Positions 1-8,934 of a DNA stretch of 64,000 nt are shown here, piece after piece. The first letter of the stretch is position 1; each line of letters begins with the position of its first letter. The notes under the pieces are model-generated. The model searched no databases and was not told the DNA's origin. It saw only the letters and a program-made list of their open reading frames with translations. Location: assembly GCA_963767005.1 (NCBI GenBank), contig CAVYCN010000004.1, positions 32,001 through 96,000 on the forward strand, in the 5' to 3' direction. Made by a program: the position numbers and the translations under genes. This DNA comes from an uncultured Actinomycetes bacterium (GTDB taxonomy: Bacteria; Actinomycetota; Thermoleophilia; UBA2241).

Positions 1-278
1 GCCGGGTCGCGCCGCTGCACCTGCTCGAGGCCCTCGCCGGCGGCGCCGACGGCGTCATGGTCGCCGGCTGCCTCGTGGGCCAGTGCCACTATCGCGAGGG
101 CAATCTGAACGCGCTCGACCGGGTGCTGCTCGTGCAGCGCTTGCTCGCCGCGGTCGGCGTCGAGCCCGAGCGCGTGCGCATGTTCACGATGAGCGCCGGC
201 GAGCCGCCGCGCTTCGTGGCCGCCGTGCGCGAGATGGACCGCACGATCGCCGCCCTGCCGCCCCTCGAGAGGTCCTGA
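1..278 (+). CDS. mvhD: MvhD/FlpD-family [2Fe-2S] subunit, 5'-truncated by window edge
   Basis: Frame open from position 3: RVAPLHLLEALAGGADGVMVAGCLVGQCHYREGN...GVEPERVRMFTMSAGE, the MvhD GADGV-xGC-xxxCHY motif. Confidence 0.9.
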   Translation, partial: RVAPLHLLEALAGGADGVMVAGCLVGQCHYREGNLNALDRVLLVQRLLAAVGVEPERVRMFTMSAGEPPRFVAAVREMDRTIAALPPLERS

Positions 279-280
279 CC

Positions 281-760
281 GTGCCCCTCACACAGCGCGG
301 CAGGAGAGTGGCGGAGCGGCTGCCGCACGCCGCGCCCGCGCAGGGCAGCGCCCTCGGCTGCGAGATCGTGCGCCACGAGGAGCTCTGCGTGGGCTGCGGC
401 AAGTGCGCCACCACCTGCCCGAGCGGAGCCAGCGTGCGCGGCACGACCTTCGACGTGAGTCAGCTCCTCGACGCGCCCGAGGGCAGCCGGCGCGGCGCTC
501 TGGGCGCCGCCCTGCGGCGCCTGCAGCGCCGCGCCCCCGACGGCCCGATCGACGTGCCGCCCCGCGTCGCGACCTATCGTACGATCGACTACCAGGCCGA
601 CCTCTGCCTGGGCTGCGGCGCCTGCGCGCGTGTCTGCCCCGCCGCGGCGATCGAGGCACGCGGCCCCGTGGCCGAGCCCGCCGGCGGTGGCGCGGCGGCG
701 CTCGCCGGCGTCGCCCCCGCGGCCGGTCCGGCCGCGGGCGCGGCCGAAGAGGCGTCGTGA
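281..760 (+). CDS. 2x[4Fe-4S] ferredoxin-like protein with long inter-motif insertion
   Basis: CVGCGKCATTCP and CLGCGACARVCP motifs; GTG start at 281 (or 308); stop overlaps next GTG. Confidence 0.8.
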   Translation: MPLTQRGRRVAERLPHAAPAQGSALGCEIVRHEELCVGCGKCATTCPSGASVRGTTFDVSQLLDAPEGSRRGALGAALRRLQRRAPDGPIDVPPRVATYRTIDYQADLCLGCGACARVCPAAAIEARGPVAEPAGGGAAALAGVAPAAGPAAGAAEEAS

Positions 761-3192
761 GCGTGGCCGCGCGACCCCTCGTCCTGCTGTGCGAGTGCGC
801 CGGCACGATGGGCAACGTCGACTTCGACGAGCTCGAGCGGCGCCTCGGTGAACAGGTCGAGGTGCGCCGCGACGCGCACTGGTGCGACCGCCAGGGTCAG
901 GCCCGGCTGCTCGAGCTCATGGAGACCGACGCGCGCCGGCCGGTCTTCGCCGGCTGCTCGCGCGACTTCTCGGACCGGCGCTTCCAGCGCCTCGCGGCGC
1001 GCGGCCTAGCCATGGAGATCGCCGACATCCGCGAGGGCTGCTCCTGGGTCCACGGCGACGAGGCCGGTGACGTGACCGACAAGGCCGAGCGCATCGTGCT
1101 CGCCGCCCTGCGTTATCCGGGCGCGCCGGCCGACACGCTGGCCCGCACGAGCCGCATCGACGGCGTGCTCGTGATCGGCGGCGGCGTGGCCGGCACGCAG
1201 GCCGCCGCCGAGCTCGCCCAGATGGGCCATCGCGTCGAGCTCGTCGAGCGGCGCCCGTTCCTGGGCGGCCGCGCGGCCCGCATCGGCACCGTCTTTCCGA
1301 CCAACGACTGCGGCCAGTGCCTGCCGACGACCGACGCCCAGGCCGGCACCCGCAAGTGCTTCCACCGCAACGTGGCGATCGACCACCCCGGCCTGCACGT
1401 CTGGCGACGCACGACGGTCGAGTCGGTCGACGGCCGCCCCGGCGACTTTGCCGCCACCCTGCGGCGGCTGCCCAACGTCGTGACCGGCGACTGCATCAAC
1501 TGCAGCCGTTGCGAGGCGGTCTGCCCCGAGCTCGCGAGCGACGGCGGGCAGAAGGCGATCTTCGCCGAGTTCTACGACGGCCGCGTCGTGCGCACCGTCG
1601 ACCTCGACACCTGCAGCTTCTGCGGGGCCTGCGTGAAGGAGTGCCCGGTCGACGCGATCGACTTCACGCAGTCGCCCGAACGCGCCACCGTACGGGTCGG
1701 CGCGGTGCTCGCCGCGGTCGGCTGCGAGCCGGCCCCGGCCGAGCTCCTGTCGTACCTCGGCTACGGCCACGACACGGTGCTCACGCAGACCGAGCTCGCC
1801 GAGATGATGGACGACTGGGTGGCCCAGGCCACCGTCGGCCGTACGCCGGCCGCCGAAGTGGTCATGATCCAGTGCGCCGGCTCGCGTGACCGGCGCCGGC
1901 TGCGCTACTGCTCACGCCTGTGCTGCATGATCGCGCTCAAGCACTCGATCCGTCTCAAGCAGCTCTTCCCGCAGATGAAGGTGACGGTCTGCTACACCGA
2001 GCTGCGCACGGCCGGCATCGCCTACGAGAACTGGTACACGGCGGCCCGCCAGGCCGGCGTCGAGTTCCTGCGCGGCACGCCGTCGGGGGTCGAGTTCGAC
2101 GAACGCGGCCTGCCGGTGATCGAGGTCGAAGACATGACGGCGTCCGAGCGGCGCACCCTGCGGCCCGACCTGGTCGTGCTGTCGCACGGTATGGTGCCGG
2201 CCCACGACGTCGGACGCCTCGTCCAGGTGCTCGGCGTCGACGCCGACGCGCACGGGTTCATCGAGATCCTCGACCGCAAGAACAGGGCCACCGAGACCAC
2301 CCGCGAGGGCGTCTTCGTCTGCGGCTCGGCGGCCGGCCCCAAGGCCATCGTCGAGTGCAACACCGAGGCCTCGGCGGTGGCCGCCGAGATCCACAACTTC
2401 CTGGGCTCGGCCGGGCGCCGCATGGCGACCGCCACGGCCGTGCGGGCCGAAGCCTGCGTCGGCTGCGACGTGTGCCAGGAACGCTGCCCCTTCGGCGCGA
2501 TCAGCCTGGTCGAGCGGCCGGCGACGGCGCCGCGGCCGGCCGAGGTCAAGGGCGACGGCCTGCTGGCCGTGGTCGACCCCGAGGCCTGTCACGCCTGCGG
2601 CATCTGCGCCGCCAACTGCCCCGAGATGGCGATCGACCACAACCTGTCCGACGACGCCCTGGCCGGCCGCCTGCACCTGCTGGCCGACGGCGTCGAGCGC
2701 CCGGTCGTCGGCTTCTACTGCAGGGAGTGCGCCGGCGCCGCGATCAGCCTGAGCGGCCTGCGGCACGACCCCTATCCCACGGCGGTGCGCCTGATCGAGC
2801 TGCCCTGCCTGGGTCGTGTGAGCGCCCTGCACCTGGTCGAGGCCGCCCGCATGGGTGCGGCCGGCGTGTTCCTGGCCGGCTGCGCCGAGGGCCGTTGCCA
2901 GTTCCGCACCGGCGACACCAGCGCCGCCGAGCAGGTAGCGCTCACCCGCGAGCTGCTGGCCGAGGCCGGCCTGCGGATGCCGGTCGAGCTCTGGCACCTG
3001 TGCGCGGTCGACCGCGACAGCGTCGGGCGCCGCATCCGCCTGTTCTGCGCGAGCACGCAGAGCGACGAGGCCGCCGCGGCCATGCTGCTGTCCGAGTCCG
3101 ACCGCATCGACCGGCCGGCGAACGGCGCCGGCAGCGGCGCGGCCGCGCCCGTCGGCGCCAGGCTCGCCGGGGAGGCGCGCGATGACGGCTAG
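757..3192 (+). CDS. hdrA: HdrA-family FAD/Fe-S protein with C-terminal MvhD domain fused
   Basis: N-terminal CEC...IREGCSWVH, GGGVAG FAD motif, FPTNDC, four CxxCxxCxxxCP motifs, CAGSRD..YCSRLCC, C-terminal FYCREC..LPCLGRV..GAAGVFLAGC..CQF; GTGA overlap at 757. Confidence 0.9.
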   Translation: MSVAARPLVLLCECAGTMGNVDFDELERRLGEQVEVRRDAHWCDRQGQARLLELMETDARRPVFAGCSRDFSDRRFQRLAARGLAMEIADIREGCSWVHGDEAGDVTDKAERIVLAALRYPGAPADTLARTSRIDGVLVIGGGVAGTQAAAELAQMGHRVELVERRPFLGGRAARIGTVFPTNDCGQCLPTTDAQAGTRKCFHRNVAIDHPGLHVWRRTTVESVDGRPGDFAATLRRLPNVVTGDCINCSRCEAVCPELASDGGQKAIFAEFYDGRVVRTVDLDTCSFCGACVKECPVDAIDFTQSPERATVRVGAVLAAVGCEPAPAELLSYLGYGHDTVLTQTELAEMMDDWVAQATVGRTPAAEVVMIQCAGSRDRRRLRYCSRLCCMIALKHSIRLKQLFPQMKVTVCYTELRTAGIAYENWYTAARQAGVEFLRGTPSGVEFDERGLPVIEVEDMTASERRTLRPDLVVLSHGMVPAHDVGRLVQVLGVDADAHGFIEILDRKNRATETTREGVFVCGSAAGPKAIVECNTEASAVAAEIHNFLGSAGRRMATATAVRAEACVGCDVCQERCPFGAISLVERPATAPRPAEVKGDGLLAVVDPEACHACGICAANCPEMAIDHNLSDDALAGRLHLLADGVERPVVGFYCRECAGAAISLSGLRHDPYPTAVRLIELPCLGRVSALHLVEAARMGAAGVFLAGCAEGRCQFRTGDTSAAEQVALTRELLAEAGLRMPVELWHLCAVDRDSVGRRIRLFCASTQSDEAAAAMLLSESDRIDRPANGAGSGAAAPVGARLAGEARDDG

Positions 3193-4366
3193 CGAGACGG
3201 CCCGCCGCGAGGTGGCCGCCCTGGCGGCCGAGAACCGGCTCTGCTACCAGTGCGGCCAGTGCACGGCCGTCTGCCCGAGCGGCGCCGACCTCGAGGGCGG
3301 ACCGCGGCGCGTGATGCGCTACGTCCTGACAGAGCAGGTCGAGCGCCTGCTCGGCAGCGACGACGTCTGGCGCTGCACCGGCTGCGGCTCGTGCACCGAC
3401 GTCTGCCCCATGGAACTCGACGTCGCCGGCACGCTCGCCCGTCTGCGGGCCCTGGGTCACGAAGGCCCCGGGGCGCGCTGCCCCGAGCGTGCCGCGGCGC
3501 AGGTCGCGGCCCGTCGCCTGGCCGGCCACGACGAGATCGACTCGATGGCCTTCGGCGTGGCCATGGCGCTGCGCGGCCACGTGCCGGCCGACGTGGTGAG
3601 CGCCGCCGGCGCCGCCTCGCGCCTCGCGCGCCACCGCCTGCGGCGATCCCGACCCGACGGCGCGGCCACACCGACACCGACGCCCGCCGGCTCGGCAGCG
3701 GACGGCGCGGCGGCGGCCGCCCGGACGTTCTACCCCGGCTGCGCCCTGCGCCAGGACCCACCGCTCCTCGCCCAGACCCGCATGGTGGCAAGCGAGCTCG
3801 GTCTGCCGCTCGGCGAGCCGGCCGGCGCCGTGTGCTGCGGGCATCCGAGCCGCGGCGCGACGCCGGCGCGCTTTGCCAGCGACGGCGAGGTGCTGAACGC
3901 CTGTCCGGCGTGCGACAGCAGCCTGAGCGAGAGCGGCGTGACCACGAGACCGCTGTGGGAGGCCCTCATCGACGGCGCCGCGCGCGACGGGCGCCGCCTG
4001 CGCGCGGCCGAGCCGGCCTTCGTGCCCTACGTCGGCTGCCTGTCGGAGCGCGACCCGGCGCTCGCCGCCCTGGCCGCCGCCGGCGAGCTTGCTGCGTCGT
4101 CCTGTCTCACCTCGTACCCCTCGCTGCACTCGGGCTGCTGCGGCGCCCTGGGCGGCATGTATCGCGCCGAGACGCGCGCCACGCGACGGCTGCTCGACTA
4201 CGCCGCGACACACGCCGCGCCGGTCGTCACGACCTGCTTGCTGTGCCGCGACAACCTGCGCTCGGCCGCGCGCCGGCGCGGGCCGTCGGTCCCGATCTAC
4301 TTCTGGCCCGAGTTCTTCGGCGCGGCCGGCCCGGCCGGCGCCGCCCCTGGAGGCGACCATGACTGA
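3182..4366 (+). CDS. HdrC-HdrB fusion (4Fe-4S dicluster plus two compact CCG domains)
   Basis: CYQCGQCTAVCP, WRCTGCGSCTDVCP, then FYPGC..CCG..CPAC and YVGC..CCG..CLLC. Confidence 0.8.
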   Translation: MTASETARREVAALAAENRLCYQCGQCTAVCPSGADLEGGPRRVMRYVLTEQVERLLGSDDVWRCTGCGSCTDVCPMELDVAGTLARLRALGHEGPGARCPERAAAQVAARRLAGHDEIDSMAFGVAMALRGHVPADVVSAAGAASRLARHRLRRSRPDGAATPTPTPAGSAADGAAAAARTFYPGCALRQDPPLLAQTRMVASELGLPLGEPAGAVCCGHPSRGATPARFASDGEVLNACPACDSSLSESGVTTRPLWEALIDGAARDGRRLRAAEPAFVPYVGCLSERDPALAALAAAGELAASSCLTSYPSLHSGCCGALGGMYRAETRATRRLLDYAATHAAPVVTTCLLCRDNLRSAARRRGPSVPIYFWPEFFGAAGPAGAAPGGDHD

Positions 4367-5021
4367 GCACGACGAACACAACAACCCGTACTCGGTGATC
4401 GCCGGGAGCGAGTTCCACGAGCGTCCGGCGGCGCGCCGCGACCTGGTCGACCGCATCCTCGACGACCCCCGCATGCACGACCACCGCGAGGGCTTCCTGT
4501 CGTGCCTGCAGTGCGGCGTGTGCACGTCGGGCTGCCCGGCGGCGCGCTTCACCGAGTACTCGCCCCGCGAGGTCGCGCGGCGCGCCTCCGAGGGCGACCC
4601 CACGCTGCTCGAGGACGACACCATCTGGTACTGCTTCTACTGCTACACCTGCCAGAGCCGCTGCCCGCGCAAGAACAGCGTCGCCGTGATCAACCAGGTC
4701 GTGCGCAGCATGCAGGTCGAGAGCGGCTACGGCATCAAGCACGTCGAGATGTTCGCCGCCTGGGGCGAGCAGTTCTACGACAAGGGCATGGGCGGCACGC
4801 CGCACGTGTTCTTCAGCGACATCGCCGAGGCCTGGGGACCGAAGTGGAAGGAGTTCATCGCCAACCGGGACGCCCTCCGCGAGGAGATCGGCGTGGGCGG
4901 CATGTACCCCTCCGCCGCGGCGGTGAGCGAGGTGCGCGCCATCATGGACCAGACCGGCTTCAAGGCGCGGCTCGAGAGCCTGGGCTCGTGGGGCGGCCAC
5001 CGGCCCGACGACGACGAGTAG
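4359..5021 (+). CDS. hdrC: HdrC-family 4Fe-4S dicluster subunit
   Basis: CLQCGVCTSGCP, IWYCFYCYTCQSRCP; GGAGG RBS before ATG 4359. Confidence 0.85.
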   Translation: MTEHDEHNNPYSVIAGSEFHERPAARRDLVDRILDDPRMHDHREGFLSCLQCGVCTSGCPAARFTEYSPREVARRASEGDPTLLEDDTIWYCFYCYTCQSRCPRKNSVAVINQVVRSMQVESGYGIKHVEMFAAWGEQFYDKGMGGTPHVFFSDIAEAWGPKWKEFIANRDALREEIGVGGMYPSAAAVSEVRAIMDQTGFKARLESLGSWGGHRPDDDE

Positions 5022-5090
5022 CGGACACGCCGGGGCGGGGGGCCCGCCGGCGCGCGGAGGCAGCGGCACCGAACGGCACGCGCCGCGCGC

Positions 5091-5132
5091 GGCGTGACGA
5101 ACCCGGCGTGACGAGCCCGGCGTGACGAACCG
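5091..5132 (+). repeat. 3 tandem copies of a 14-bp unit GGCGTGACGA(A/G)CC(C/G)
   Basis: ggcgtgacgaaccc / ggcgtgacgagccc / ggcgtgacgaaccg, read directly, between hdrC and nadA. Confidence 0.9.
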
Positions 5133-5185
5133 GGCGGCGCACCGTATCCTTCTCCCATGACCCCATCCGGACCAATCCCGAGGCC

Positions 5186-6097
5186 ATGACCGACTTCAGC
5201 GACCAGCAACAGCGCCTGCGCGACCTCGCCGCCGAGCGCGGCGCGATCATCCTGGCGCACAACTACCAGCGGCCCGAGGTGCAGGACGCCGCCGACGTCG
5301 TGGGCGACTCGCTCGAGCTCGCCCGCAAGGCGGCCGCCACCGACGCCGCGGTGATCCTCTTCTGCGGCGTCCACTTCATGGCCGAGACGGCCAAGATCCT
5401 GTCACCCGACAAGACCGTGCTCATGCCCGACCCGCACGCCGGCTGCCCGATGGCCGACATGGTCACGGTCGAGGGGCTGCGCGCCCTCAAGGCCGAGCAC
5501 CCCGAGGCAGCGGTCGTCGCCTACGTCAACACGAGCGCCGAGATCAAGGCCGAGGTCGACGTCTGCTGCACGAGCGCCAACGCGCCCGAGGTCGTGGCCC
5601 GCATCCCGGCCGAGCGGCCCATCATCTTCGTCCCCGACCGTAACCTCGGCGACTGGGTGGCGCAACGTAGCGGCCGCACGAACATGATCATGTGGCAAGG
5701 GTACTGCCCGGTGCACGAGGACATGACGGCCGACGAGGTCCGCGCGGCGCTCGACGCGCACCCCGACGCCGAGCTCATGGCGCACCCGGAGTGCGCCCGC
5801 GAGGTGCGCGACCTGGCCACCGTGATCACGAGCACGTCGGGCATGCTGCGCTACCCCGCGACGAGCGCGACGCGCGCCTTTGTCGTGGCGACCGAGACAG
5901 GCCTGCTGCACCGCCTGCGCGGCGTGTACCCCGACCGCGAGTTCGTGCCGGCCGCACGCGGCGCGATCTGCCCCAACATGAAGCGCACCACGCTCGACAA
6001 GGCGATCGAGACGCTCGACGAGGGCTTGAACGAGATCGTCGTGCCGCCGCAGGTCGCCGCCCGCGCCCTGGTCGCGGTCGAGCGCATGATGGGCTGA
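5186..6097 (+). CDS. nadA: Quinolinate synthase
   Basis: ILAHNYQRPEVQ, FCGVHFMAETAKIL, AGCPMAD, YVNTSA, CPVH, AHPEC, CPNMK. Confidence 0.96.
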   Translation: MTDFSDQQQRLRDLAAERGAIILAHNYQRPEVQDAADVVGDSLELARKAAATDAAVILFCGVHFMAETAKILSPDKTVLMPDPHAGCPMADMVTVEGLRALKAEHPEAAVVAYVNTSAEIKAEVDVCCTSANAPEVVARIPAERPIIFVPDRNLGDWVAQRSGRTNMIMWQGYCPVHEDMTADEVRAALDAHPDAELMAHPECAREVRDLATVITSTSGMLRYPATSATRAFVVATETGLLHRLRGVYPDREFVPAARGAICPNMKRTTLDKAIETLDEGLNEIVVPPQVAARALVAVERMMG

Positions 6098-6171
6098 GCC
6101 GCCGTCCGGCGGCCTCGCGCGCGCGGCGCGGCTCCGCTCCCGACCGCCGCGCGGTTCGGCCGTCGGCGGCC

Positions 6172-7245
6172 CTATTCCTCGCTCACCTGCAGCACGGCCG
6201 CACCCCGGATGCCGTCGTGCTTGAGGGCGATCAGCGCCTCGTTGGCCTGCTCCAGCGGGAACACCTGGATCTCGGTGGCGATCGGGATCGCGGCCGCCAG
6301 GCGCAGCAGGCCGGCCGCGTCGCCACGCGTCGAGTTGGTGACGCTGCGGATCACGCGCTCGCGGTAGATCAGCGGGTACTCGACCGGGGGAATCGGCGTC
6401 GAGTAGATGCCGCCCATGGCCACCGTGGCGCCCTTGTCGAGCACCCGGAGCGCGTCGATCACGAGCTCGCCGGCCGGCGCGAAGATGACGGCGGCGTCGA
6501 GCTTGAGCGCGGGATCGCCGCGCGGCGCGTCGCCGGCGCCGCCGGCCCACACGGCGCCGAGCTCGCGAGCGAGCTGGCGGTGCTTTTCCTCGCGCGTGAA
6601 GGCGTAGACCTCGGCGCCCCAGTAGCGCGCGATCTGCAGGCAGATGTGGGCGGCGGCGCCGAAGCCGTAGAGGGCGAGGCGGCGGCCGGCGGCGGCGCCG
6701 GGCGCCGCCGGTGAGGCGGCGGCCGCCGCCTCACCGGCGGCGCCCGGCACGAGCCCCGAAAGGCGCAGCGAGCGGTAGCCGATGATGCCGGCGCAGAGCA
6801 GCGGCGCCGCGGCGAGGTCGCTCAGGTCCTCGGCGAGCGGGTAGCTGAAGGCGGCCGGCGCGACCGTGTAGTCGGCGTAGCCGCCGTCGACGTCCCAGCC
6901 GGTGAAGAGGGCGGCGTCGCAGAGGTTCTCGTCGCCACGGCGGCAGTAGCGGCAGGTGCCGTCGGTCCAGTGCAGCCAGGGCACGCCCACGCGGGCGCCG
7001 ACCGCCGGCGTCGTCACGCCCTCGCCGAGCGCGGCGACGCGGCCCACGATCTGGTGTCCCGGCACGACCGGCGACTTGTGCGGCGGCAGCTCGCCCTCGG
7101 CCACGTGGAGGTCGGTGTGGCACACGGCACAGGCGTGCACACGGATCAGGATCTCCCCCGGACCGGGGTGCGGCCGCTCGAGATCGACGAGCTCGAGCGG
7201 CCGTTCGTCGATCGGCCCGGGTTGACGCAGCAGCATCGCTCTCAC
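6172..7245 (-). CDS. Zinc-dependent alcohol dehydrogenase family protein
   Basis: CAVCHTDLH, PGHQIVG, DGTCRYC..ENLC, APLLCAGIIGYR, YGFGAAAH; GGGAGG RBS. Confidence 0.92.
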   Translation of the reverse strand: MRAMLLRQPGPIDERPLELVDLERPHPGPGEILIRVHACAVCHTDLHVAEGELPPHKSPVVPGHQIVGRVAALGEGVTTPAVGARVGVPWLHWTDGTCRYCRRGDENLCDAALFTGWDVDGGYADYTVAPAAFSYPLAEDLSDLAAAPLLCAGIIGYRSLRLSGLVPGAAGEAAAAASPAAPGAAAGRRLALYGFGAAAHICLQIARYWGAEVYAFTREEKHRQLARELGAVWAGGAGDAPRGDPALKLDAAVIFAPAGELVIDALRVLDKGATVAMGGIYSTPIPPVEYPLIYRERVIRSVTNSTRGDAAGLLRLAAAIPIATEIQVFPLEQANEALIALKHDGIRGAAVLQVSEE

Positions 7246-7296
7246 CTGAGACCTCCCGCGTGGTGGGTGTCGTAGTCTACCCCGCCGCGTCTCTCG

Positions 7297-8106
7297 CTAG
7301 CTCAGGACGTCCTTGCGAGCGAACACCGCCCAGGCGGCGAGCAGCAGCGCCCCGATCGTCACACCGTAGTCGAGCAGCGCGTCGCGGATCGGCGACCAGT
7401 AGATGGGGGAGCGGAAGAGGTCCACGAAGACGAGGCGGTACGTGGAGTACGTGTACGGCTTCATGAAGTCGAAGGTGCTGAAGACGTTGAGCACCGTGAG
7501 CACCGTGAAGACCGCGATCGCGATGGTGGCGGCGGTCAGGCTGGAGTCGGTGAGCGTCGAGATGAAGAGCGCCACGGTCAGCGAGCAGACGGCGCCGGCT
7601 ACCACGAGCAGGTAGGCCGTGGCGATGAGGCCGAGGGCGTGGGGCACGCTCAGGGTCGTGCCCGAGAGGGTCGGGAGCGGGTGCAGGCCGAAGGCGACGG
7701 CGCCGGTCGCGAGAGCGACCACGGCGACGAGGGTCGCGCCGGCGAGGGCGTAGGCGACCGCGCTCACCCACTTGGTGAGCAGCACGCCGGTGCGGCCCAC
7801 GGGACGCGTGAGCCAGGTCTTGAGCGTCCCGCTCTCGGCCTCGCTCGCCACCGACGAGGCACCGCCCATGGCAGCGATGATCGGCAGCAGAAACGACGCC
7901 AGGGCGATCAGCGCCGAGAGCGCCACCAGCAGGCCGTTCTGGCTCACGTGGGCGACGAAGGGCGGTTCGCCCGGATCGGGCGGCTGCGGCTTCTCGAGGG
8001 CCGCCGCGGCCACGACCACGACCGGCACCAGCACGAGACCGACCCAGCCCACGTACGTGCGTCGCTGGTGCAGGATCTTGACGAGCTCGAGGCGCAGGGT
8101 GGTCAT
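7297..8106 (-). CDS. ABC-2-type transporter permease
   Basis: About 6 hydrophobic segments, EAESGTLKTWLTRPVGR motif; paralog of adjacent gene. Confidence 0.88.
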   Translation of the reverse strand: MTTLRLELVKILHQRRTYVGWVGLVLVPVVVVAAAALEKPQPPDPGEPPFVAHVSQNGLLVALSALIALASFLLPIIAAMGGASSVASEAESGTLKTWLTRPVGRTGVLLTKWVSAVAYALAGATLVAVVALATGAVAFGLHPLPTLSGTTLSVPHALGLIATAYLLVVAGAVCSLTVALFISTLTDSSLTAATIAIAVFTVLTVLNVFSTFDFMKPYTYSTYRLVFVDLFRSPIYWSPIRDALLDYGVTIGALLLAAWAVFARKDVLS

Positions 8107-8122
8107 GTCGCCCGCGGGACCG

Positions 8123-8932
8123 CTAGGTCAGGATGTCCTTGCGCCGGAACACGAGCCACGAGACGACGAGCAGACCGGCGACCGTGGCGGCGTCGACCAG
8201 CAGGGCGTCGCGGATCGGACGCCAGACGATCGGATCGCGGATCAGGTTCACGAAGGCCATGTCGTAGCTCGTGAACGTGTAGGGCTTCATGAAGTCGAAG
8301 TACGTGAAGCCGTTCAGGATGGTGAGCACGATGAAGACGACCATCGCGGTGATGGCCGCCGTCAGGCTCGAGTTGGTGAGGGTCGAGACGAACAGCGCGA
8401 GCGACACCATGCAGAGCAGGGCGGCGAGGATGACGAGGTTGACGAGGACGATGCGGCCGACGCCGGCCGGGATGCTGAGCGTCGTGCCCGAGATCGTCAC
8501 CATCGGGTGGATGCCGAACACGAGGCCGCCGGCCACCAGGCCGCCGAGGCCGACGAGCAGCATGCCGACGACGACGTAGAGGGTCGCGACGCCCCACTTC
8601 GAGAACAGCACGGCGCCACGCCCGACCGGCCGCGAGAGCCAGGTCTTCATGGTGCCCATCTCGGCCTCGCCGGCCAGCGGAAAGGCGCCGGCCATCGAGG
8701 CGACGAGCGGGAACAGGAACAGCGACAGCGCCCCGATCGCGACGAGCGGCGCGAACAGACCGTTGCCGACGATCCGCGAGAAGAAGGCCGGCCCCTCGCC
8801 GGGCGCCGGCTTGGAGCCCGACAGATCGAGCGCCAGCACCATGAGCAGGGGGACGGCAAGGAGCCCGGCCCAGCCCACGTAGGTGCGCCTCTGGAAGAGG
8901 ATCTTGACGAACTCGCGGCCGAGCGTGCCCAC
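8123..8932 (-). CDS. ABC-2-type transporter permease
   Basis: EAEMGTMKTWLSRPVGR motif, hydrophobic, 269 aa like its neighbour. Confidence 0.88.
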   Translation of the reverse strand: MGTLGREFVKILFQRRTYVGWAGLLAVPLLMVLALDLSGSKPAPGEGPAFFSRIVGNGLFAPLVAIGALSLFLFPLVASMAGAFPLAGEAEMGTMKTWLSRPVGRGAVLFSKWGVATLYVVVGMLLVGLGGLVAGGLVFGIHPMVTISGTTLSIPAGVGRIVLVNLVILAALLCMVSLALFVSTLTNSSLTAAITAMVVFIVLTILNGFTYFDFMKPYTFTSYDMAFVNLIRDPIVWRPIRDALLVDAATVAGLLVVSWLVFRRKDILT

Positions 8933-8934
8933 GG

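Noticed and set aside
5091-5132. CRISPR-like array
   Set aside because: Units are 14 bp and contiguous, with no spacers and no cas genes.
6680-6750. Ala/Gly/Pro-rich insertion in the Zn-ADH (similar inserts in FlxB, ArgE, homoserine dehydrogenase)
   Set aside because: Recurrent low-complexity loop expansions typical of very high-GC genomes; no intein or domain signature.
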